Shown here one piece after another: positions 1 through 8,430 of a stretch of DNA of 32,000 bases. The position numbers and the translations under genes are program-made. How positions within the stretch are numbered: the first letter of the stretch is position 1; every line of letters begins with the position of its first letter. Where the stretch lies: positions 3,167,547 to 3,199,546 of the forward strand of contig CP166615.1 of assembly GCA_041937175.2 (NCBI GenBank), in the 5' to 3' direction. The stretch comes from Limnothrix sp. BL-A-16. GTDB lineage: Bacteria; Cyanobacteriota; Cyanobacteriia; CACIAM-69d. The notes under the pieces are model-generated. The model ran no database searches. It worked only from the letters and a program-made list of their open reading frames with translations, and was not told the origin of the DNA.

Positions 1-1
1 G

Positions 2-598
2 GAAGATCCTGAACAGGCCTTGGATCAGGCCCTGATGGACATGCAGGATGATTTGGTGCAGTTGCGCCAAGCGGTGGCCCAGGCGATCGCCACCCAAAAG
101 CGCACGGAGCGACAACGGGAGGCCGCCGCCCAAGCCGCTGAGGATTGGTATCGGCGGGCCCAACAGTTACTGAATGTTGGCGATGAACCGGGGGCGCGAT
201 CGGCCCTCAGCCAAAGTCACGGTCAGCAAGACGCAGCCGCCCACCTTCAGGAACAGTGGGAAACCCAACGGGAGACGATCGCCCAACTGCGCAGCACCCT
301 GCGGGATTTGGAAGCCAAACTGCTGGAAACTCGCACCAAGCGCGATTTGTACGTGGCCCGCGCCCGATCGGCCATGGCCACCCAGCGAATGCACGACACT
401 CTGAATTACCTGAGCCGGCCCAACAATCCGCTGGAGCGTTTGGAGTCTTGGACCATGGAACTCGAAGCTCGTGCCCAGTTGTCCCAAACCGCCGGTCGCG
501 ATCCACTGGAGCAATCTTTTCAAGCCCTAGAATCTAACCAGCGCCTAGAGCGGGACTTAGAACAACTGAAAGCCCGTCGTCCCCCAGAGCTTCGGTAA
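2..598 (+). CDS. pspA: PspA/IM30-family protein, 5'-truncated by the window edge
   Basis: The frame is open from nt 2. EDPEQALDQALMDMQDDLVQLRQAVA aligns residue for residue with EDPEKILEQSIIDMQEDLVQMRQAVA of the downstream paralog. The sequence is long, helical and heptad-rich. It lacks the Vipp1-type C-terminal extension. TAA at 596-598. Confidence 0.8.
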   Translation, partial: EDPEQALDQALMDMQDDLVQLRQAVAQAIATQKRTERQREAAAQAAEDWYRRAQQLLNVGDEPGARSALSQSHGQQDAAAHLQEQWETQRETIAQLRSTLRDLEAKLLETRTKRDLYVARARSAMATQRMHDTLNYLSRPNNPLERLESWTMELEARAQLSQTAGRDPLEQSFQALESNQRLERDLEQLKARRPPELR

Positions 599-937
599 TT
601 CAGCAGCAACACAAGTCCGCCCTAGGGCAACTCCCGGCAGCAATTCCCAGCGGCGATTCCCAAACCTCCTAGCCGCCAAAATCCCCGGTCTTGGGCAATT
701 GCACAGGGCCCGGGCCCATCGGCCCCCCAATAGCCGATCGCGGCGGGAGAGCTAACCGAACTTGCCATGGGCCGCTGATTTTCGGTATCTAGGCTAATAG
801 GACGATCGCAACTGCCGGTCTTGATCACGCGGCCGTTGACCGATGGAGTTGGTAGTTTGGATAAAGCAGTTGGCCTTGGGGCCAAGCTTCCCAATCCCGA
901 TCGCTTCCCCGATTTAACCAGCAGGAGAGCCACCGTC

Positions 938-1717
938 ATGGGCCTTTTCGATCGCGTCAGCCGCCTGATTCGGGCCAATGTCAACGACATTGTGAACAAA
1001 GCCGAGGATCCCGAGAAAATCCTTGAGCAATCGATCATCGACATGCAAGAAGACCTGGTGCAAATGCGCCAGGCCGTTGCCCGGGCGATCTCCGCTCAAC
1101 AAAAAATTCAGCAGCAACATAACCAGGCCCAAAGTGAGGCCAACCTGTGGCGACAGCGCGCCCAACTGGCTCTCCAAAAAGGCGATGAAAGCTTGGCTCG
1201 CGAAGCCCTCAACCGCAAAAAGGTGCAAGAGGAAGCCGCCACCACCCTCAAGGCCCAACTGGATCAGCAAGTGGGAATGGTGGATCAGCTCAAGCGTAAT
1301 CTGATCGCTCTGGAAGGGAAAATCTCGGAAGCCAAAACCAAGAAAGACATGCTCAAGGCCCGGGCCCAAGCTGCCAAGGCCAACGAGCAACTGCAAGGGG
1401 CCCTCAGCTCCATGAACACCGGCAGCGCCATGGCCGCCTTTGAGCGGATGGAAGAAAAAGTGCTGGAAATGGAAGCCCGTTCCACGGCAGCTTTGGAATT
1501 GAGTGGCGCTTCGTTGGAGCAACAATTCGCATCCCTGGAAGCCGGGAGCGATGTGGATGATGAACTGGCGGCCATGAAGGCACAAATGTTGGGCGGTTCC
1601 CCAACGCCAGCGGGGGCCCTGCCGGCCAGCAATGCCGCACCGGCCACGGAGGCAAAAGACGCAGCGATCGATGCCGAGTTAGAAGCCCTGCGCCGTCAGC
1701 TCAACGACACCAAGTAG
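938..1717 (+). CDS. vipp1: Vipp1/IM30 (vesicle-inducing protein in plastids 1), PspA family with C-terminal extension
   Basis: ATG at 938 gives the canonical N-terminus MGLFDRVSRLIRANVNDIVNKAEDPEKILEQ. AGGAGAG lies at 923-929. The 259-aa product has a Pro/Ala-rich linker and a terminal amphipathic helix (AIDAELEALRRQLNDTK), typical of Vipp1 rather than PspA. The ORF-track start at 821 adds 39 non-conserved residues and is rejected. Confidence 0.85.
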   Translation: MGLFDRVSRLIRANVNDIVNKAEDPEKILEQSIIDMQEDLVQMRQAVARAISAQQKIQQQHNQAQSEANLWRQRAQLALQKGDESLAREALNRKKVQEEAATTLKAQLDQQVGMVDQLKRNLIALEGKISEAKTKKDMLKARAQAAKANEQLQGALSSMNTGSAMAAFERMEEKVLEMEARSTAALELSGASLEQQFASLEAGSDVDDELAAMKAQMLGGSPTPAGALPASNAAPATEAKDAAIDAELEALRRQLNDTK

Positions 1718-1931
1718 GCAGGACACCAAAACTGCCAAACCAAAACCGCGATCGAGTCCGGGCGGGGGCGTGCGGCCGTGCGCCCCTATGCATTGCCCAT
1801 ACAGTGGTGGATCAACGCATTTTGCGACCTAACCCGCAGGCGGCCGCCCCCTCGAAATATGGCCCTTACCGCCAAGACACCTGTGGATTTAAGATGCAAA
1901 AGGCGAATTTTCAGAAGCAAGGACAACGATC

Positions 1932-2279
1932 GTGAGTCAAGTGCGAGTCATTTCGGATGCCGAATTTGAAAGCGACGTGCTGGGAGCCTCGGGAACGCCC
2001 GTTTTAGCGTATTTTTGGGCATCTTGGTGTGGGCCTTGCCGGTTGATGAGTCCGAGTGTGGAATGGGCGGCGACCACCTGGGGCGATCGGCTTCAGATCG
2101 TGAAGTTGGAAGTGGACCCCAACCCCGTCAGCGTCAAACATTGCCAGGTGGAAGGGGTGCCCGCCCTCCGGCTGTTTCAGGATGGCCAATTGCTGGACAC
2201 CAGCGAAGGGGCCCTGACCAAGGAAAAGTTGGCGGACTTCCTCACGCCGCATGTGGGCGCAGTGCCCAGCGCGGTTTAA
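1932..2279 (+). CDS. trxA: Thioredoxin
   Basis: 115 aa with a GTG start. It carries the WCGPC active site and a cis-Pro context (EGVPALRLF), and has typical thioredoxin length. Confidence 0.85.
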   Translation: MSQVRVISDAEFESDVLGASGTPVLAYFWASWCGPCRLMSPSVEWAATTWGDRLQIVKLEVDPNPVSVKHCQVEGVPALRLFQDGQLLDTSEGALTKEKLADFLTPHVGAVPSAV

Positions 2280-2313
2280 GGGACATCGCAGCAGCATCCT
2301 GAGGCTTCAATCC

Positions 2314-3531
2314 ATGCAATTTGCCGATCGACTGAAACCGCTGCAATTCAACGTGTTTGCGGCCATGGATCGGGCGAAGGCAGCAGCGGCTGAAACCCAC
2401 GAGATTGTGGATTTATCGCTGGGATCGGTGGACTTGCCCACTTCGCCCCACGTGCTGGCGGCGATCGGGGAAGCGCTTCAGGATCCCAGCACCCACGGCT
2501 ACCAACTCTTTCGCAATACGGCGGCCTTTCGACAGGCGGTGGCCGATCGCTACGAGCGGCAATTTGGCCTGGCGATCGACCCGGAAACGGAAGTGCTAGC
2601 CCTGATTGGCTCCCAGGAAGGAACCGCTCACTTACCCCTGGCGGTTTTAAACCCGGGGGATGTGGCCCTGCTGGGCGATCCGGGCTATCCCTCCCACTAC
2701 GGTGGCGTGCATTTGGCGGGCGGTGAGGTTTATCCCATGCCGCTGTTGGCGCAACATGGCTATTTGCCGCAGTTTGACCAAATTCCGGCGGCCGTGGTCG
2801 ATCGGGCGCGGCTAATGGTGCTGAACTATCCCCACAACCCGACCACAGCGGTGGCTAACCTGGACTTTTTCCGGCGGGCGGTGGCGTTTTGTCAGCAGCA
2901 CGGCATCGTGTTGATTCATGATTTTGCCTACGACGGGATGGCCTTTGGCGATCGCCCGCCGTCGGTGTTGCAAGCGGATCCAGACAAGACGGTTTCGATC
3001 GAGTTTTTCACCCTGTCTAAGGCCTTTAATATGGGCGGCTTTCGGGCGGGCTATGCGATCGGGAACCGCGACTTGATTGCAGCCCTGCGCAGTGTCAAGG
3101 CCGCCGTGGACTTTAACCAATACCAAGGCATTTTCAGGGGGGCGATCGCAGCGCTTCAGGGGCCCCAAGCCGATGTGCAGGAACGGTTAGAAATTTTTCG
3201 CGATCGCCGGGATGCGTTTGTGGCCGCCATGAATCGGATTGGTTGGCCCCTGGAAACGCCCCAAGCAACCATGTTCGCCTGGGCTAAGTTGCCGCCGCCT
3301 TGGGAAAACCAGTCGATCGAATTCTGTAAGCAACTGGTGGCCGCCACGGGCATCGCCGTGGCCCCGGGGGTGGGCTTTGGCCCTTCCGGTGAAGGCTATG
3401 TGCGTTTTGCCCTGGTGCAAACCCCGGAACAGTTGGCGCATTCGGTCGATCGCATTGCCACCTTTTTACAAACCGGCTTGCCAGCCGACCACAAAGGTCA
3501 GGGCCTGTTGTCACTTCCTGGAATCCAGTAA
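2314..3531 (+). CDS. PLP-dependent aminotransferase, class I/II (AspC-like)
   Basis: ATG at 2314 (MQFADRLKPLQFNVFAAMD). Motifs: NYPHNPT, FAYD, and the PLP-lysine motif SKAFNMGGFRAGY. The upstream 21 codons of the track ORF overlap the trx gene end and are rejected. Confidence 0.85.
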   Translation: MQFADRLKPLQFNVFAAMDRAKAAAAETHEIVDLSLGSVDLPTSPHVLAAIGEALQDPSTHGYQLFRNTAAFRQAVADRYERQFGLAIDPETEVLALIGSQEGTAHLPLAVLNPGDVALLGDPGYPSHYGGVHLAGGEVYPMPLLAQHGYLPQFDQIPAAVVDRARLMVLNYPHNPTTAVANLDFFRRAVAFCQQHGIVLIHDFAYDGMAFGDRPPSVLQADPDKTVSIEFFTLSKAFNMGGFRAGYAIGNRDLIAALRSVKAAVDFNQYQGIFRGAIAALQGPQADVQERLEIFRDRRDAFVAAMNRIGWPLETPQATMFAWAKLPPPWENQSIEFCKQLVAATGIAVAPGVGFGPSGEGYVRFALVQTPEQLAHSVDRIATFLQTGLPADHKGQGLLSLPGIQ

Positions 3532-3554
3532 AAACGGCTGATCTTCCATACCCT

Positions 3555-3642
3555 AACCACCCTAGACAAGGAGCTTAAGCCCCTTGCCCCTACGATCCAA
3601 CCACCCTAGACAAGGGGCTTAAGCCCCTTGCCCTTACGATCC
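3555..3642. repeat. Two tandem 44-bp repeats (42/44 identical), each with a palindromic core
   Basis: Copies at 3555-3598 and 3599-3642 read AACCACCCTAGACAAGG(A/G)GCTTAAGCCCCTTGCCC(C/T)TACGATCC. Copy 2 contains the perfect 20-bp palindrome CAAGGGGCTTAAGCCCCTTG at 3611-3630. Confidence 0.8.
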
Positions 3643-3772
3643 GCCAACGGTGGAATAAGGGTTTCAGGCGATATGACGACAAGCCCTAATCACTGCAAAG
3701 GTTAGTCACCACAAAGGTTAATCAACGGCTGAATGATTGCTGAAAGGCAGATTAACCTTTTGCCCTCAGTCC

Positions 3773-4945
3773 CTACCAAGGATTGCTGAAAGTGCGCACC
3801 GGTCGCCCGCCGATGTTGGATTGGGATGGCTGCGTCACCGGTTCCGGAGCCACGGCCGGTTGGCTGGGCGGCGGGGCGATCGCGGGGCTGTTGGGAACCG
3901 TGTTGTAACCGGCGTTTAAGGGTACACCGGAACCCGTGGAGCCATAGCCTGGCATCGGAGCCGTTGGGATTTTGGGCAAAGTGCTGCCCGCCGTTGCCGG
4001 GCCGGAGCCATAGCTGGGATAGCCCGTGGGACTGCCAAAGCCGCCATAGTTCACATTGCCGGCCCCAGCATTGGGAACCGCCACATTCGGCAGTGTGGGA
4101 TTGGTTGTGCCGCTGCCGATGGTGGGAGTTGTGCCGCTGGAACCCGTGACGGGAACCGTGGGCGTTGTGGTGTTGGTGCTGCTGCTGGGGGTTGTGCCGC
4201 TGGAATCGCTGCTGCCATCACCATTGTTCAGGTAGAGGCGATCGAGCGCCGCTTGCAGGGGACTCACGGGCTGGCCGGTGGTTGTTCCATTGCCATTGAG
4301 CATGGTCGAGCTGCCTCCCACACCGTAGCTGCTGCCATTGGCATTGGCGGCCCGAGGGTCATTGCTCAAAAATTGATTCACCGCCCTTGGGGCCAAACCA
4401 CTGCCCTCGCCACCGCGCGATCGACTGCCCACGGGGCCCGCCGAACCACCACTGAGCAACTGCAAAATATCCGCTAGCTCAGAGTTGGCGTTGTTCGCCG
4501 TTTTTTCTTCATCCTGGCGATCGCGTTTATTGCGATTGTTCCGGCGCTGGTTTTGGGGCAGGGTTAGCTCCGTTGCCAACACATTAGACGAGTCAATATC
4601 AGCCGCCACCGAATCATCATCGGGCTGAGACTCCAGAATCGAGAGCCAATCTACCTTGTCCGGCTCAGGTTCGGCATTAGTCCAGCGATCGGGATTTTTC
4701 CAAAACACCCAAGCCCCCAAGGTTGCCATCGAAATCGCCATGGCCGGCAACCAGATGAAGGGTTCGCCCAACCAGCGCAGATTTCTGAGCACCAGCGTTA
4801 GGCTGAAGGTTTCGCGCAATTGCGACACCCAACCCTCATGGGTTCCTGGCTCATGGGTTCCTGAGTGCGCCTTGTGGCCGTGATGACCCGCCGGGTGATG
4901 ACTCGATGGGTGATGGCCCGATGAGTGATGGTGATGCTCGGACAT
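3773..4945 (-). CDS. Hypothetical single-pass membrane protein with a His-rich N-tail and a Gly/Ser/Thr/Pro-rich low-complexity C-terminal region
   Basis: The N-terminus MSEHHHHSSGHHPSSHHPAGHHGHKAHSGTHEPGTHEGW has about 15 His in 40 residues. One hydrophobic helix follows (FIWLPAMAISMATLGAWVFW), then about 300 aa of low complexity. An alternative GTG start lies at 4957. No family recognised. Confidence 0.6.
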   Translation of the reverse strand: MSEHHHHSSGHHPSSHHPAGHHGHKAHSGTHEPGTHEGWVSQLRETFSLTLVLRNLRWLGEPFIWLPAMAISMATLGAWVFWKNPDRWTNAEPEPDKVDWLSILESQPDDDSVAADIDSSNVLATELTLPQNQRRNNRNKRDRQDEEKTANNANSELADILQLLSGGSAGPVGSRSRGGEGSGLAPRAVNQFLSNDPRAANANGSSYGVGGSSTMLNGNGTTTGQPVSPLQAALDRLYLNNGDGSSDSSGTTPSSSTNTTTPTVPVTGSSGTTPTIGSGTTNPTLPNVAVPNAGAGNVNYGGFGSPTGYPSYGSGPATAGSTLPKIPTAPMPGYGSTGSGVPLNAGYNTVPNSPAIAPPPSQPAVAPEPVTQPSQSNIGGRPVRTFSNPW

Positions 4946-5291
4946 AGTTAGGGTCACCAGAGCAGGATCAGAGAGTGGTTGGAGAGCGGGTCGGGGCTGG
5001 GGAGGCTGAACGAGAGCCGCTGGACGGAGACAGGGTAGAAGCGAGCGAAACCCCTAGACGAGAACGAGCCTTGGAGCGATGGCTCATTTTTAGGTAACAA
5101 TTGCTGCTTCCATTCTATCGGGTCTGGCAACCCTGAAGCCAGGGCCTACCCCCAACGCCTGGGGCCCGCCCCCTGAAATTCGCCAGTACCCAAACGGAGA
5201 ACCGACACCAGCGATCGCCCCAAACGGCCCAACCTTGGTTTAGGGTGGCTTCTGGCTAATCAGTTGCCGGGATTCCCGAAAGGTTTGTTGG

Positions 5292-7031
5292 ATGAAAAAC
5301 GCATGGGCTTGGATAGGGGCGCGATCGGGCGATCGACGCTGGAGCATGGTGCTCAGTGGAGCCATGGCGTTGTTTTATGGCTGGCAATCGGTGAAGTGGG
5401 CCACCCGCAATCCCTATATCGTGCAAGACGATGTGCGCCAGCATGTGTTTTGGGCTTTTCGCTACCTGGATCCTGGCCTCTTTCCCGGTGACTGGATTGC
5501 TGACTATTACCAATCCGTTGCGCCCCTGGGCTATCAGTGGCTCTATCACGGAGCCGCCCTCCTGGGCTGGGATCCCCTAACGGTCAGTAAATATTGGCCG
5601 GTGATTTTGGGTTTGGTGACCACGGCCCTGACCTGGCGAGTGATGATTCGGCTGTTGCCCGTGCCTTGGGTTGCCCTGTTGGGTTGCATTTTGGTGAATC
5701 AAAGCCTGTGGATGGAGGATGATTTGGCCTCGTCCACGCCGCGAGCCTTTGCCACGCCCCTGGTGTTGGCGGTGATGGATGCGCTGCTGAGTCGATCGCT
5801 CTGGGGTTGTTTAGGGGCGATCGCCCTCAGTGGTCTGTTTTATCCCATGGTGGCGGTGGTGGCGGCGGCGGCCTTAGCGGTGAATTTGGGCCGGCGCTGG
5901 TGGGCCACCCGTCGGGGGCGATCGCATCCCGAGGCCCTGACTCCCCTGGACTGGCGCTTGGCGATCGGGGGCATTGCCATGGCGGTTGCGGTGCTGTTGC
6001 CGGAATTGCTTACCAGCAGCGAGTTCGGCCCCGTGATCAGCCGATCCCAAGCCGCCGCCCTGCCGGAATTTAACTTTGTGGGTAATGAATACGGGCGATC
6101 GTTCTTTTTTCACCCCAATCCGCTGATTTTTTGGCTGTTTGCCCCCCGTAGCGGCTTCCTGTGGGTGGGATTTGTGCCCCCGATCGCCCTGGCGGCCTTG
6201 GCCTTGCCCCGCTGGTTGAGCCGGCCCGCCCGCGCCCGTCAATTTCCCTTAGCCAGTAGCCTTTCGCCTCACTTCGCCATGCTGGGCGACTGGGTTTGGG
6301 GTGGTTTGGGACTGTTTCTCGCTGCCCATGCCCTGCTGTTTCGGTTGTATTTACCCAATCGCTACGGCTATGTGCCCTTGCGGGTGGTGTTACCGGTGGC
6401 AGGGGCGATCGCCCTGGGCCTGTGGCTCGATCGGCAAATGCAAGCCACCCAACCCCAAAAACCGCGTTGGTTCTGGCCCCTGGTGAGCCTTGTTCTCAGC
6501 CTGTCGATCGTTGTGCCCATGGTTCCTAACTTAGCCGTGTCCAGCCAATTGCAAATGGAAGGACGCATGGCCGAAGTCTATGAATTTCTGCAAAAACAAC
6601 CGAAGGATATCCTAGTGGTTTCCCTGTCCAAGGAAGCGGATTTCATTCCTATCTTTGCCCGGCGATCGATTCTCGCCAGCCGCGAATTTGCCCTGCCTTA
6701 CCATTGGGGCTATTACCGAGTTTTACGTCAACGCATTGAAGATACCATCCGCGCTCAATACACCAGCAACCTATCAGAGGTGAAAGCTTTCTTGCGGAAA
6801 TATCAAGTGAATTTCTGGTTATTAGAACCCTGGTCACTCTCAAAGTCTGACTTGGCGGATAACACTTGGTTACAACAATTTCAGCCGCTCATTCAAGACG
6901 TGAGTAACCGACTCGATCGCGGTGAACCCCCAGCTTTGGAACGGGCGATCGCTCCCTGTTCAGTTCTCGAGAATAAGCGCCTCCAACTGCTCGATGCCCG
7001 CTGCATTTTGCAGCTACCATCAGAACCCTAG
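5292..7031 (+). CDS. Polytopic integral membrane protein with a C-terminal soluble domain (possibly GT-C-like; function unknown)
   Basis: 579-aa ORF with an ATG start. About 10 or more hydrophobic segments occupy residues 20-420, followed by a roughly 150-aa hydrophilic tail. The GT-C suggestion rests only on this architecture. Confidence 0.7.
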   Translation: MKNAWAWIGARSGDRRWSMVLSGAMALFYGWQSVKWATRNPYIVQDDVRQHVFWAFRYLDPGLFPGDWIADYYQSVAPLGYQWLYHGAALLGWDPLTVSKYWPVILGLVTTALTWRVMIRLLPVPWVALLGCILVNQSLWMEDDLASSTPRAFATPLVLAVMDALLSRSLWGCLGAIALSGLFYPMVAVVAAAALAVNLGRRWWATRRGRSHPEALTPLDWRLAIGGIAMAVAVLLPELLTSSEFGPVISRSQAAALPEFNFVGNEYGRSFFFHPNPLIFWLFAPRSGFLWVGFVPPIALAALALPRWLSRPARARQFPLASSLSPHFAMLGDWVWGGLGLFLAAHALLFRLYLPNRYGYVPLRVVLPVAGAIALGLWLDRQMQATQPQKPRWFWPLVSLVLSLSIVVPMVPNLAVSSQLQMEGRMAEVYEFLQKQPKDILVVSLSKEADFIPIFARRSILASREFALPYHWGYYRVLRQRIEDTIRAQYTSNLSEVKAFLRKYQVNFWLLEPWSLSKSDLADNTWLQQFQPLIQDVSNRLDRGEPPALERAIAPCSVLENKRLQLLDARCILQLPSEP

Positions 7032-7038
7032 GGCATAT

Positions 7039-7128
7039 TCATTTCCTTAAATCAGCGGTATGACAAAGGCTACTAGCTCGATAGATAGCATCAAAAATAT
7101 CGAAGAAATGGGCATCATCACGATTCAT
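7039..7128 (-). pseudogene. hepT: Truncated remnant of a HepT (DUF86/HEPN) toxin gene
   Basis: A 29-codon ORF, MNRDDAHFFDIFDAIYRASSLCHTADLRK. Its ATG (7128-7126) overlaps the end of mntA, as in intact mntA-hepT operons. The sequence matches my recollection of the DUF86 N-terminal pattern M-x-R-D-x3-[YF]-[LF]-x-D-I-[LF]-x-A-I. It stops 8 nt from the stop of the convergent gene ending at 7031. The Rx4-6H HEPN motif is absent. Confidence 0.4.
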
Positions 7129-7435
7129 AAATAATTACTGCGGTACTTAAAATTTCCTGGCGACGAATCCAGTTGCTACCTTCTTGAATCGCCTCTTTGA
7201 TGACCAGATCAACAGGGCGATCGAGCAGATCTTCAAGTTGATGCTTGATTCTAACGAGGGTCAATAATCCTTGAGGAGCATCGGGTGCGAAGGAAATCAA
7301 CAGATCAATATCGCTATTTTCTCGAAAGTCTTCTCGCAAAACAGAACCAAAGAGGGCTAGTTCAGCAATTTTCCATTGCCGACAGACTTCGATCAGCTTC
7401 TCCTCAGGAATTGCAAGGCGATTTGTTGGAAACAT
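7118..7435 (-). CDS. mntA: Nucleotidyltransferase-domain antitoxin (MntA/MNT family)
   Basis: 105 aa with the minimal NTase motif LFGSVLREDFRENSDIDLLISF (G-S...D-x-D). Confidence 0.85.
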   Translation of the reverse strand: MFPTNRLAIPEEKLIEVCRQWKIAELALFGSVLREDFRENSDIDLLISFAPDAPQGLLTLVRIKHQLEDLLDRPVDLVIKEAIQEGSNWIRRQEILSTAVIIYES

Positions 7436-7436
7436 C

Positions 7437-8003
7437 CTAACTAAAAATATCGGCGACTTTCAAGGTGAAATCAGCAAATAGGGGCGAGGTTAATTCGTCT
7501 TCGGCGAAGAGGGTGAAAACGAGTTCTAAACGGGCTTGCGATCGCCGATAGATCTCAACGGTTTGTTGTTGCCAATCCACGATCCAATATTCCCGCACCC
7601 CGACTCGGGAGTAGAGCTTGAGTTTCACTTGGCGATCGCGCGCAATGTCTTGGGGTGCTTGGGAAATCACCTCAACAACTAACTCAGGAGCCGCCGTGAA
7701 ATGCCCCGCTTCATCAACGCAGCTTGCGGCTTTTTCATCGCTGATCCAAATCAAATCGGGGATGACGTTTGCTTCTCCCGCAAAAATTAACCCCGGTGTT
7801 TGTAGGGCTTCTCCAGTGCGATTGTCTGAGTCTTGGGTGGGGAGCGATCGGCAGAGGCACGTTAATACTCGCTGGTGTTTCCAGTGGGGGGCGCGGGTCA
7901 CGTATAGGTCTCCGTCGATGATTTCGTAGCGATCGCCGGTGTCGGGGAAGAGTGCTAAATCGGCGGTTGTCCACGGATTTTTCGGGTCAGCATTGGCAAC
8001 CAT
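7437..8003 (-). CDS. Uma2-family (DUF820) restriction-endonuclease-like protein
   Basis: YEIIDGDLYV, PDLIWIS, PELVVEVIS and VREYWIVD match the PD-(D/E)xK-type Uma2 signature blocks. Its stop lies 1 nt from the mntA start. Confidence 0.85.
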   Translation of the reverse strand: MVANADPKNPWTTADLALFPDTGDRYEIIDGDLYVTRAPHWKHQRVLTCLCRSLPTQDSDNRTGEALQTPGLIFAGEANVIPDLIWISDEKAASCVDEAGHFTAAPELVVEVISQAPQDIARDRQVKLKLYSRVGVREYWIVDWQQQTVEIYRRSQARLELVFTLFAEDELTSPLFADFTLKVADIFS

Positions 8004-8094
8004 GGGGGTTCACGCTGGGTAGGTAGCAGCGGTGCTGGGGCGTTATGTTGATTGTACTGACTGGGGCAGGGCGATCGTAGCGGGCATCGGTTTT

Positions 8095-8430
8095 CTAAGC
8101 TGCGCCGTAGTTGGTGTATTGGCGTTTGTAGGGTGGTTGGAGACCGAGAATAATGTCTTCTCGGGGGACACCCATCGCGATTAATTCTTCGGCGGGATTT
8201 TGGTCGGTTAGGTTTTGTTGGAGCCAGATTTTGCCGTCTTTGATGTCGAAATGAATGATGCAGTGATAGACGCGGTTGAACTCTTGCCAACCGACGTTCA
8301 TCCATTGGTAATGGTCGCGATCGCTATCAAAGATCAATTGCACTTCGACGTTTTCTGCTACGGGATCATCTTGGGCATATTGGCTCAGTAGGGTTTGAAT
8401 ATATTGTCGGTATTGGGCTATTTTTTCCAT
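8095..8430 (-). CDS. xisI: XisI-family protein
   Basis: 111 aa with DRDHYQWMNVGWQ...IHFDIKDGKIWLQQN...ELIAMGVPREDIILG, typical of XisI. It overlaps xisH by 13 nt. Confidence 0.85.
   Translation of the reverse strand: MEKIAQYRQYIQTLLSQYAQDDPVAENVEVQLIFDSDRDHYQWMNVGWQEFNRVYHCIIHFDIKDGKIWLQQNLTDQNPAEELIAMGVPREDIILGLQPPYKRQYTNYGAA

Noticed and set aside
821-937. Long N-terminal extensions suggested by the ORF track (vipp1 from 821, aminotransferase from 2251, DUF29 from 14050, exported protein from 17001, glmM from 18864, GH57 from 23929)
   Set aside because: Internal ATGs reproduce canonical family N-termini, remove overlaps with upstream genes, and/or have better SD context.
914-1585. 223-aa and other ORFs antisense to vipp1, and 167..523 antisense to pspA
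   Set aside because: These are shadow ORFs of strongly supported PspA-family genes and have no motifs.
1740-1800. GC-rich imperfect hairpin (GGGGCG...CGCCCC) after vipp1 as a terminator
   Set aside because: The stem has only 6 bp with a 10-nt loop and no U-tract, which is too weak to call.
3555-3642. The 44-bp palindromic repeats as simple rho-independent terminators
   Set aside because: The stems are not followed by a U-tract on either strand. They are therefore listed as repeats rather than terminators.
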